64,000 bases of DNA from an uncultured Nitrososphaerota archaeon (lineage in GTDB: Archaea; Thermoproteota; Nitrososphaeria; Nitrososphaerales; Gagatemarchaeaceae), in contig CAWISW010000003.1 of assembly GCA_963838925.1 (NCBI GenBank), positions 32,001-96,000 of the forward strand. Reading direction: 5' to 3'. Positions 10,931 through 18,769 of the stretch are shown piece after piece (positions within the stretch are counted from its first letter, which is position 1; the number at the start of each line of letters is the position of its first letter). The translations under genes were made by a program, and so were the position numbers. The notes under the pieces are model-generated. The model worked only from the letters and a program-made list of their open reading frames with translations. It did no database searches and was not told the origin of the DNA.

Positions 10931-11299
10931 ATGGAGACCACGAGCCTAGAAACAAAGGTGAACCGCATATTCGATTTCGACAAGAGCATATGGTGCGTCG
11001 TGCTGCTCTCCTCCGACGGGAAGTCGCTGGCAAATTTCTGCAAGGCCGGGGTGGCTCCTCTGGAGCCCCAAGACGAGACCGAGACGGTCTACATGAGGGC
11101 GACGATTGCCATGAACATGAGCTCTCCGATGGACAAATACCACGGACGAATCAGGACCGCCATCATTGTCAAGGAGAAGGTCGTGATGATCTGCTTCAGT
11201 CTCTCGCAGAAGATCATGCTGATATCGGCCACGCCGGAGTTCCAGCTTAGGGACGTCGAAGCGCTTGGGCAGCTGATCGACCAACTGGGTATGGGCTGA
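10931..11299 (+). CDS. Small roadblock/profilin-like protein of a Nitrososphaerota-expanded family
   Basis: Length and pattern (IWCVVLLSSDGK...HGRIRTAII.KEKVVMICF...LISAT). Confidence 0.55.
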   Translation: METTSLETKVNRIFDFDKSIWCVVLLSSDGKSLANFCKAGVAPLEPQDETETVYMRATIAMNMSSPMDKYHGRIRTAIIVKEKVVMICFSLSQKIMLISATPEFQLRDVEALGQLIDQLGMG

Positions 11300-11330
11300 A
11301 CGTATAGCCAGCCTCCGCTGCCTGATTGGA

Positions 11331-11418
11331 TGGTGCGGGAGGTGGGATTCGAACCCACGAACCCCTAAGGGATTGGAACCTCAATCCAACGCCGTTGGCC
11401 ATGCTGGGCGACTCCCGC
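11331..11418 (-). tRNA. tRNA-Leu(GAG), intronless, encoded CCA
   Basis: GCGGGAG acceptor, anticodon arm TTGGA-TTGAGGT-TCCAA, long variable arm, GGTTCGAATCC, ACCA end. Confidence 0.96.
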
Positions 11419-11474
11419 GCGAGGTCGACTTGCTTTTGCAGCCTCTAAAATGCTTTCGAGAGCGCGGGTCGGCT

Positions 11475-11876
11475 CTACGCCGAGACTGCCTCTAGCCCGC
11501 ACTCGTGGTCCTCGTCGGAGGTGGCTCCGCTCACGCCGATGGCGCCGATTATCTCGTCCCCCTTCTTTGCGAGCACCCCGCCGGGAAGGAGCACGATCCT
11601 GTTCCCGCTGACCTGAGTGAGGCCGAGCCCCGCGGCAGGCCTGTCCTTCATCCGCTCGGCCATCTCTTTCGAATGCATCTTGAAGGCTATCGACGTGAAT
11701 GCCTTCCCCCTCGCGATGTCGGGCGAGATGATGTTCGCGCCGTCCATCCTCGCGAGCGCGACGGGGTTCCCTCCGGCGTCCACGACGCAGACGGACACCC
11801 TCACTCCGAGCTGCGTCGCCTTCGCGCACGCTTTCTTGATCCACGTCTCGGCCTGCTCCAGGGTTAGGTTCGCCAT
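11475..11876 (-). CDS. GlcG/HbpS-family heme-binding protein
   Basis: VCVVDAGG...RMDGA...IARGKAFTS...PGGV...IGAIGVSGAT...D. Confidence 0.88.
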   Translation of the reverse strand: MANLTLEQAETWIKKACAKATQLGVRVSVCVVDAGGNPVALARMDGANIISPDIARGKAFTSIAFKMHSKEMAERMKDRPAAGLGLTQVSGNRIVLLPGGVLAKKGDEIIGAIGVSGATSDEDHECGLEAVSA

Positions 11877-11937
11877 GTCTCTCGCAGGCCTTCCCTTGGC
11901 GGCCGCGATTATATAGTGATGAGGAGAAAACGCGGAC

Positions 11938-12911
11938 GTGTCGAGAACCCGGGTCGTCACGGATGCCGGCGTCTATGAGGCGGACGCGGACTGGGCGAGG
12001 ATCCCCGACGGCTGGTCCTTTCGCGAGGTCGCAGGCGTGGCAACCGACTCGCGCTCGCGCGTCTACGTCTTCAGCAGGAGCGAGCACCCGATGATGGTGT
12101 TCGACAGGGAGGGCGGGTTCATCTCCTCGTGGGGGGAGGGCGTCTTCACCAAGGCCCACAACGTCCGCGTCTCGCCCGACGGCTTCGTCTTCTGCTCCGA
12201 CCTCCTCGACCACACCGTCCGCAAGTTCACTCCAGGGGGGAGCTACTGATGACCCTGGGGACCGCCAACGTGCCGTCGGACACGGGAGGGGACGGGAAGA
12301 GCTCCAAGATCAAGAGGTCGGCAGGCCCCTTCAACGGGCCCACCGACGTCGCGTTCGGGCCTAACGGCGAGCTGTTCGTCACGGACGGCTACGCGAACGC
12401 GCGCGTCCACAGGTTCTCGGCGGACGGCGAGCTCATCGGCTCCTGGGGGGCGCCCGGGGGCAAGCCCGGGGAGTTCAGCCTCCCGCACGGCGCCCTCATA
12501 CAGGGCGGGAAGACCCTCTACGTCGCCGACCGGGAGAACAACAGGGTGCAGGTCTTCGACCTCAAGGGGAAGTTCGTCTCCCAGTGGACGGACTTCGCCG
12601 GCCCAACGGGGATCTCTGCGTGCTCGGACGGGAGCCTCGTCGTCAGCGAGTTCGGCTACGACCCGGCGATTCCCACGCGGTACTCGGTCCCCGCGCACGG
12701 CAGGAGGATACTGCCAAGAGTGACCGTGCGCTCGCCGGACGGAGAGCTCCTGGCCAAGATCGAGGGGGAGGACAAGTGCGCGCAGGGGAGCTTCTTCGCG
12801 CCCCACTCGGTGTGCGTCGACCGGAACGGGGACATCTACGTCGGCGAGGTCCCGATCACCCGGCGCGCTCCTGGTCCTTGCCACACGCTACAGAAGCTGG
12901 TCAGGCAGTAG
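11938..12911 (+). CDS. NHL-repeat beta-propeller (peptidyl-alpha-hydroxyglycine lyase-like); frameshift in G-run near 12240
   Basis: FNGPTDVAF, FVTDGYANARVHRF, FSLPHG, LYVADRENNRVQVF, FFAPHSVCVD. Confidence 0.85.
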
Positions 12912-12949
12912 CGGATAGACGCTTTTATTTCACGTGAAGTTCCTGTTGC

Positions 12950-13588
12950 GTGAGTGCTCTTTTCGAGTCTGAAAGGGTCTCAGAACTTGTAGGCGCGATA
13001 CTCGGAGACGGAAACATCTACGACAAACGGCCGGACTATGTCGAGATGTGTGGCAATCCGAGGAACGACCTGGCATACTATGAGAACGTCTTGCTTCCAA
13101 TCGTGAGGGAGGAGCTGGGAAGAAATCCAAAGCTCTTCTTGAGAGACGGAGGACTGCGCTTCAGGATTAACCAAAAGTCCTTCGTAGAGTGGCTCAAGGA
13201 TATTGGTCTCCCGGCGGGCGAAGCAAAAGGGTCCGCCGCGATTCCAGACTTCATAGTCTCCCGCGGAAAGTTCCTCGTCCGATGTGTAAGGGGCATCTAC
13301 GACACCGACGGTAGCGTGTACTTTGACAGGCGGTCGGCCTATCTCAGGCCGTATCCCCGAACCGAATTGCAGATGACCAACGAAGCACTCTTAGACCAAT
13401 TAGACAAGATTCTAAGCCAAATGGACATCAAGCACTCGTTCGTAAGACGCAGTGCGTCATTGTCGCTTGAGACGGCTGGCTTGGAGTCTCTGCGCGGTTT
13501 CTTGCAGAAAATAGGCTTCTCCAATAAGTATCATGTCAGAAGGATTGGAAGCGAGTATCCTGAATTAGTTGGGCTCAACTGCGATTAA
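12950..13588 (+). CDS. Free-standing double-motif LAGLIDADG endonuclease
   Basis: ELVGAILGDG and VRGIYDTDGSV motifs; no splicing motifs; AT-rich codon usage. Confidence 0.85.
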   Translation: MSALFESERVSELVGAILGDGNIYDKRPDYVEMCGNPRNDLAYYENVLLPIVREELGRNPKLFLRDGGLRFRINQKSFVEWLKDIGLPAGEAKGSAAIPDFIVSRGKFLVRCVRGIYDTDGSVYFDRRSAYLRPYPRTELQMTNEALLDQLDKILSQMDIKHSFVRRSASLSLETAGLESLRGFLQKIGFSNKYHVRRIGSEYPELVGLNCD

Positions 13589-13598
13589 AGTTTCAGTC

Positions 13599-13606
13599 TT
13601 TAAAAG
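13599..13606 (+). promoter_or_regulatory. TATA box of tRNA-Thr
   Basis: TTTAAAAG about 26-33 nt upstream of the mature tRNA 5' end. Confidence 0.55.
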
Positions 13607-13631
13607 TGTCAATTAAGGTAGGTCGAGCCGT

Positions 13632-13726
13632 GCCGGCGTAGCTCAGCCTGGTAGAGCGAACCACCTAATCGTGGGCTCAAGTCTCTCGTAAGGACTAGGT
13701 CCCGTGTTCAAATCGCGGCGCCGGCT
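13632..13726 (+). tRNA. tRNA-Thr(CGT) with a 21-nt non-canonical intron (13660..13680, position 27/28)
   Basis: GCCGGCG/CGCCGGC acceptor, U73; spliced anticodon arm AGTCT-CTCGTAA-GGACT; BHB-like junction GAGC/GCTC helix with inner CCAC/GTGG stem; followed by T-tract. Confidence 0.9.
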
Positions 13727-13731
13727 TTTTC

Positions 13732-14493
13732 TCATATCTTAGAATCCGCTCTAGACTTTATCGACTTGAGTTTGACATAGACGTTATCCTCTTCCAAGAC
13801 TGCATTCCGAATCGAACTTGGATCCCGGCCTTGCAGAATCATTCGTTTCACTTTCAAATCCAACCAACTAGGCCATTTTCGCGGGAATACTCGAGCATTA
13901 GCTAACTTACGAAGAAGTTTACCTCTGTGAGTATCCACAAATGGACTGAAAATCCAGAGAGTGTTTGCGATGGCAACCGTGATGCTAATCCCGCAACTTC
14001 CACGATGCCAGTATTCCCTGGGGTTCGCATTTAGGGATGTAAGAAGATCCTTGATCAGGCGGACATTTGGTTCGCTAGTTATCGTGACTGTCTTGTTCCT
14101 GATGTTGACTGACCCATCGGAGTCGGCTAGGCCTCGAAGAAACCAAAGCCGGTTCTCGGGTGACGCGAGAAGAAGCCAGTTCATTTTCACAGGATGATGG
14201 GAGGTGACTTCGGTCTCTGCGAGCCCGAGACAGGAGACGTGGAACCAGAGGAATACTTCGGAAAAATATGAGTTCCACTTGAATGCTCCGTGCGGTTCTG
14301 TTTCGTTTGGAAGTGCATCTACAATCCTGCTCCATGGTACTCCTAGTTGAGTGATGCAATCCATTACGGAATTTCCAAGCGCGAGATTCTCCTCATGCCC
14401 TCGACATAGTTGAAGCTGGAATCTGGCCCACTGGTGCCGAGTGGAAAATGTCTTTCCTGCATCGCCTACCATCCACCCCAGAAAGTAATACAT
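13732..14493 (-). CDS. Free-standing double-motif LAGLIDADG endonuclease (frame open upstream to about 14727)
   Basis: YFLGWMVGDAG and FLRGLADSDGSV motifs; AT-rich; stop 5 nt after the tRNA 3' end. Confidence 0.82.
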   Translation of the reverse strand: MYYFLGWMVGDAGKTFSTRHQWARFQLQLCRGHEENLALGNSVMDCITQLGVPWSRIVDALPNETEPHGAFKWNSYFSEVFLWFHVSCLGLAETEVTSHHPVKMNWLLLASPENRLWFLRGLADSDGSVNIRNKTVTITSEPNVRLIKDLLTSLNANPREYWHRGSCGISITVAIANTLWIFSPFVDTHRGKLLRKLANARVFPRKWPSWLDLKVKRMILQGRDPSSIRNAVLEEDNVYVKLKSIKSRADSKI

Positions 14494-14793
14494 GAGTTGA
14501 AGGAATCGGTCCTTATGTTTAGCGTCGCCTAGATGGGCCAGCCTTATCCGAAGAACCCCATTCTCAAACTCTGCGGGGGACCTAATCGGGGCAAAACTGA
14601 GATTGACTGAAGCCCATTTTTTAGTGACCGAAGCGGAGCCCGGTTTCCTCGAGAGAAACCACCTCTCCCTCTCACCTGCAATAAGATGAAGTTGACTTGG
14701 GATGAATGTGATTGGAGAGTGAGACCCTCAAATGCAATAAGAAGTTGTCTGGGAATCTAAGCGCCCACGCTGACCGATTATCCGCATAGTTCT

Positions 14794-14813
14794 TCTTTCT
14801 CGATCGAGAAAGA
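14794..14813. repeat. Perfect 20-bp palindrome TCTTTCTCGATCGAGAAAGA
   Basis: Read directly; abuts the tRNA-like fragment. Confidence 0.85.
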
Positions 14814-14840
14814 GAGGGCTCAAATCCCTCCGTCGGCTCC
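14814..14840 (+). repeat. Isolated variant tRNA 3' end (T-arm plus 3' acceptor strand)
   Basis: GAGGG-CTCAAAT-CCCTC hairpin followed by CGTCGGC-T-CC, versus CCGTG-TTCAAAT-CGCGG-CGCCGGC-T in tRNA-Thr. Confidence 0.7.
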
Positions 14841-14849
14841 TACCTCTTC

Positions 14850-15548
14850 TCACGAAGGGCCCATGCTGATGTAGGGCGCCATCGAGCGGAGGACCTTCCC
14901 CTCGGCCTTGCGCAAGTGCTCCTCGTAGGTGGTCCTCGGCAGCCTGAGCTTGCTGGCCATCTCCTCGGTGGTCACCTTCTTGGGGACCTGGTAGTAGCCG
15001 TTCTCGAGCGCGAAGACGAGCGCCTGCGCCTGCTTCTTCGTTAGCCCGCCGAAGAGCGCGCTCGTTGAGACCAGCATCGTGTCCTTGACCGCGCCCGACC
15101 TGATTGCCCGGCGGGAGATGACCTCGACCTTGCAGTACCCGCCGAGCGTCGCGAAGACGTTGCGCGCGTCCTTCTCGCTGAACGAAATCATCCTGTAGTA
15201 CTCCCAGCCACCCTTGTAGACGCAGGGCTGTAGCTCGAGGCAGTTGTTCTTCTCGAAGACCGGGGTCACGGGCGCCGGTATGCTGTCGCACCCGCAGTGG
15301 TGGATGACGACCTGGAGGTTGCGGACGCTGTTCGACCTGCGGAGGGGCTTGACCTTCATCGCCCTCCAGACCGAATCGATGTCGTCTTGATACCGGTCGA
15401 AGCTCTCTACCCCGCCTCCCTTGGAGATCTCGAGCACGTCGGTGTCCGAGTTGCACCACGAAGACATGACGAGCTCGGGGTGCTGCTTCGAGAGGTCGTT
15501 AAGCGGGCAGTCATGCTGGAGCCTGAAAGCGGTCTCGTAGAGCGTCAT
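14850..15548 (-). CDS. Transcription regulator with C-terminal Bat-type HTH (HTH_10)
   Basis: LTKKQAQALVFALENGYYQVPKKVTTEEMA...TYEEHLRKAEGK. Confidence 0.88.
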   Translation of the reverse strand: MTLYETAFRLQHDCPLNDLSKQHPELVMSSWCNSDTDVLEISKGGGVESFDRYQDDIDSVWRAMKVKPLRRSNSVRNLQVVIHHCGCDSIPAPVTPVFEKNNCLELQPCVYKGGWEYYRMISFSEKDARNVFATLGGYCKVEVISRRAIRSGAVKDTMLVSTSALFGGLTKKQAQALVFALENGYYQVPKKVTTEEMASKLRLPRTTYEEHLRKAEGKVLRSMAPYISMGPS

Positions 15549-15681
15549 ATCGCTGGAACAGAGGCGGGCCGGGTATAAGTGCGGTGCCGTCGCACGACGG
15601 CTCTCCCGAGGAGGCCAAGGCGGCTCGGAAGTCCCGTCGTAAGCCGGCACCAAGGATAAGCCGTCTGGAGACCCTGCGTCC

Positions 15682-16068
15682 TTGGCGGACGCAAAATTGG
15701 AAACGGTCAACGGCAAACTGCAACTCGTGATAAGCAGCAAGAAGGTCCTCGTACGCGTGGAGCGGGTCGAGGACTCGTTCATGACGTGGGACGGGCAGGT
15801 GCGAGTCAACAGGAGAAGGGTGAAGGTCTACGACTACGTATTCGACGACAGCCAGGCGAGGGCCCTGAAGGAGGCCCGCGAACTGGCGAGCAAGTCAGGC
15901 ATGGAGCTCGTGGTGACCGACCTCACCCGGCGGAGCGCCCTAGAGCGCTTCTTTCGGTCCGGGCTGAACATGATCCGCGCGCAAGCGCGCGTGAGGACGG
16001 TCACCGCCGAGAAAGGCACTGGGCCTCGAAGTTCCGACAGTCTCAGGCCGCAGGCCTGCCGGCCTTGA
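15682..16068 (+). CDS. Hypothetical protein
   Basis: Host-like codon usage; no recognised motif. Confidence 0.55.
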   Translation: MADAKLETVNGKLQLVISSKKVLVRVERVEDSFMTWDGQVRVNRRRVKVYDYVFDDSQARALKEARELASKSGMELVVTDLTRRSALERFFRSGLNMIRAQARVRTVTAEKGTGPRSSDSLRPQACRP

Positions 16069-16501
16069 AGTCGGCCTCGAGCGCCTTCTTGTAGATCTTC
16101 CAGTGCTTGATCCCGTCTGCCTCCCACTCGTCCTTGTCCTCGACCTCCCTCTTGCTGTCGTACGTCACCACGAACTTCATGTCGAGCCTGGACTTGTTCT
16201 TGCCCAGTGGTTTCACCTTGTAGTCGCCCACCTCCCTCCCGTCTCCGCAGGTGTCAAGGTGCCACGACTTTGGACGGTTGAGCCACACCGCCCTGACTCC
16301 CTCAAAGGTGTCCTTGCCCTCTTTGTAGGTGACGCGCCAGACGACGCGCTGCGGGCTCTTCTCGAGGATCTTCCTGGTGGTCTTGGACCCTGTGTACTTG
16401 TTGTCGTCCTCCCGGAAGTCCGTGCACCATGAGAAGACGTAGTCCACTGGGGCGTTGACGTCTATTGATAGCTTGTATTTCTGATTGATTGGCCTGGCCA
16501 T
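16043..16501 (-). CDS. SRPBCC/START-like domain protein
   Basis: SIDVNAPVDYVFSWCTD...C-terminal WKIYKKALEAD helix. Confidence 0.6.
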   Translation of the reverse strand: MARPINQKYKLSIDVNAPVDYVFSWCTDFREDDNKYTGSKTTRKILEKSPQRVVWRVTYKEGKDTFEGVRAVWLNRPKSWHLDTCGDGREVGDYKVKPLGKNKSRLDMKFVVTYDSKREVEDKDEWEADGIKHWKIYKKALEADFKAGRPAA

Positions 16502-16555
16502 GTCCTGAATCCAAGCACAGCTTCGAAGTGTTCGAGTTAAGTGTTTCCGGCGCAC

Positions 16556-16568
16556 CGAAAACTTAAGT
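16556..16568 (+). promoter_or_regulatory. BRE plus TATA-like box of tRNA-Phe
   Basis: CCGAAAACTTAAG about 27-39 nt upstream of the tRNA. Confidence 0.55.
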
Positions 16569-16594
16569 GAGCATCGAGTCTGAGCCGGAGTCGT

Positions 16595-16731
16595 GCCAAG
16601 GTAGCTCAGCCTGTCCCTACGGGGGCTATGGAGAGTGCCGCAAGGCCTCTAACACTCGGCTGAAGACCGAGAACAACCGTCACAAGGATTGTTGTCGGGA
16701 TCTGTCGTCGGTTCAAATCCGACTCTTGGCA
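16595..16731 (+). tRNA. tRNA-Phe(GAA) with three non-canonical introns (16614..16629, 16636..16652, about 16672..16701)
   Basis: Removing the three inserts gives a canonical 74-nt cloverleaf GCCAAGGTAGCTCAGCCTGGGAGAGCACTCGGCTGAAGACCGAGCTGTCGTCGGTTCAAATCCGACTCTTGGCA. Confidence 0.9.
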
Positions 16732-16778
16732 CTTTAATCAACGAGCACCCACGCTCGAATCTATGCTCTGACCCGGGA

Positions 16779-17156
16779 CTAGTCGTACGTCTTCACCGTC
16801 GCCCACTCCGCCGAGCTCCCTGGCAATCATTCCTGACATGAAAACGACCGTCGCCTCGACGAACGCGGGGACCACGTGGATCGAGACGAGCGAGTCGCCG
16901 GTCACAGGATAGAGGACGGCCGCGATCCAGGCTATCATCGGCGGAAAGTCGACGTAGCCCAGCGAGAGGTGCTGGGTCCCGCTCACGATGTAGTACAGCT
17001 CGTCGCGGAAGTACCCGTAGTTCCCCGCGAAGACCATGTGGACGGCGAAGTCCGCCATGCCGAGATACGCGAGGAGCGCCGTCGTGCTGGAGCGACGTCT
17101 TCGAGAGGAGGTCTGAGCCAGGCTCCTTGCTGGATCGAGCCGCTCTTGGCTTTCAT
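16779..17156 (-). pseudogene. GT39/ArnT-like glycosyltransferase remnant with a large internal deletion
   Basis: N-terminal YGYFRDELYY...LGYVDFPP...ARELGG joined out of frame to a C-terminus-like EWATVKTYD-stop; start uncertain. Confidence 0.65.
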
Positions 17157-17250
17157 TGGCTCCTTCCGGATTTATCGAAATGAGGATATTATCTTTGTGA
17201 AGACGAGGTCGCACCGCGGCGCCTAGATACAAGAAGGAGCGATGGGAGAC

Positions 17251-17412
17251 CTATCCCTTCGCTCTGTTGCTTTCTCGCTGCTCAGCCTTGCGGCGGCGGT
17301 TGAGCTCGGCGATCTTTTCCTTGTATTCCTTCTTCTTCTTCTTGTTTCCTTGGGTGCGCGCCTGGTCGTAAAGCCTTCTCAGTTCGGCTTCCTCGGCGTC
17401 GCCATCTGACAT
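17251..17412 (-). CDS. Small charged helical protein of about 53 aa (one frameshift)
   Basis: MSDGDAEEAEL joined to EKAYDQARTQGNKKKKKEYKEKIAELNRRRKAEQRESNRAKG; not in the ORF track. Confidence 0.4.
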   Translation of the reverse strand: MSDGDAEEAELRRLYDQARTQGNKKKKKEYKEKIAELNRRRKAEQRESNRAKG

Positions 17413-17600
17413 CTGGGGAGATGTTGTCGCTTGATGTAATTATGTCTTTCAGGGGCGTGCGACAGCTTGACGCCAAGAGGTTCCCCTGCGTAGAGGCGCG
17501 GGTCTCTCGGTTTTGGGCCCTTCGCCGCCTGAGAACGCACAAACGGCGGTCAATCCTTGCTTAAATACTATATATAGGGCCGAAGTTTCACGTCTGCGCA

Positions 17601-18158
17601 ATGCCTCAAACCAAGGCTATCATTAGCATCGAGAATGTTGTCGCTTCCGCTTCCATAAACCAGAAGGTCGACCTGAACCTGATCACGAAGAACTTCGTGG
17701 ACGTTGAGTACCACCCCGACCAATTCCCAGGGCTTGTCTTCAGGCTGAAGAACCCGAAGACCGCCACGCTGATCTTCAGTTCGGGGAAGATGGTCTGCAC
17801 GGGCGCCAAGTCTGAGGACCAGTCGAGGAAGGCCGTGCAGGAGGTCGTCAGGAGGCTGAAGAAGGGCGGCATCCCGATTAAGAACGAGGCAGAGATCGTG
17901 ATCCAGAACATGGTGGCGTCGGCGAACCTCGGGGGGAAGGTCCACCTAGAGGAAGCTGCGAGGCAGCTGCCAAAGTCGATGTACGAGCCTGAGCAGTTCC
18001 CCGGCCTCATCCACAGGATGCCCGACCCCAAGACCGTGATACTCCTCTTTGCCTCGGGGAAGCTCGTCTGCACGGGAGCCAAGAGGGAGGCAGACGTCTA
18101 CAGGTCCGTTAACAACCTCCACGTGATGCTCGAAGAGAAGCATCTCATGGTCTACTGA
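17601..18158 (+). CDS. tbp: TATA-box binding protein
   Basis: Two repeats: IENVVAS...YHPDQFPGLVFR...LIFSSGKMVCTG and IQNMVAS...YEPEQFPGLIHR...LFASGKLVCTG. Confidence 0.98.
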   Translation: MPQTKAIISIENVVASASINQKVDLNLITKNFVDVEYHPDQFPGLVFRLKNPKTATLIFSSGKMVCTGAKSEDQSRKAVQEVVRRLKKGGIPIKNEAEIVIQNMVASANLGGKVHLEEAARQLPKSMYEPEQFPGLIHRMPDPKTVILLFASGKLVCTGAKREADVYRSVNNLHVMLEEKHLMVY

Positions 18159-18198
18159 GCTGTACCGAGCCCTTCCACTCTTTCGGCAGTCGGTCACA

Positions 18199-18732
18199 TC
18201 AAGGGTAGGGGCCGGCCTTGTCTGCGCCGACCGCCATGTTGACAGGAGTGCCCGCTGCCATCCCTGCGGCACCCCACCTCCTCCTGGCCCTGGAAATGTA
18301 GACCATCTGCGCGACGGTGAGGACAATCCAGAGTATGAGGAGGCCGACTACAGCTAGGCTCACATATCCGCTCCTCACTACGAGAATGTTCGACAAGGCG
18401 AGGACGACGACTGAAAGGCCGATGACCATCCTGATCATCCTAATCGCGAACATTCTGCCGCCAAATCCCCAGCCGCCTGTCCCTCCCCCGCGTCCGGCCG
18501 CCCTCTGCTGCTGGACCTGCTGAAGCTTGGCCTCGTCAAGATAGTACTTGCCCCCTACTTCGACGAAGATCCCTGACGCCCCGAGGCGCCTCTTCATCGC
18601 TTCCTCGAACCTCGGCCCCAGCCCGAGCTCTTGGGCCGTCAGGGCCTTCTCAGGGCTCGTCGCCCCCCTCTCCTTGAACTTGGCGACAATCTCCTGGATT
18701 ACGCGCCTGCCTCCACCGGGCGGCCTGAACAT
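18199..18732 (-). CDS. Membrane protein with small soluble N-terminal domain
   Basis: GATSPEKA...GKYYLDE followed by two TM helices. Confidence 0.6.
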   Translation of the reverse strand: MFRPPGGGRRVIQEIVAKFKERGATSPEKALTAQELGLGPRFEEAMKRRLGASGIFVEVGGKYYLDEAKLQQVQQQRAAGRGGGTGGWGFGGRMFAIRMIRMVIGLSVVVLALSNILVVRSGYVSLAVVGLLILWIVLTVAQMVYISRARRRWGAAGMAAGTPVNMAVGADKAGPYP

Positions 18733-18769
18733 GGGCTCTGGAAATGCCGAGTGAGAATTAATGTTTGTC

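Noticed and set aside
12950-14493. LAGLIDADG genes as ORFs inside a large tRNA/rRNA intron or as intein parts
   Set aside because: The tRNA between them is complete, no matching 5' exon flanks them, and they lack Cys/Ser1 and His-Asn splicing motifs
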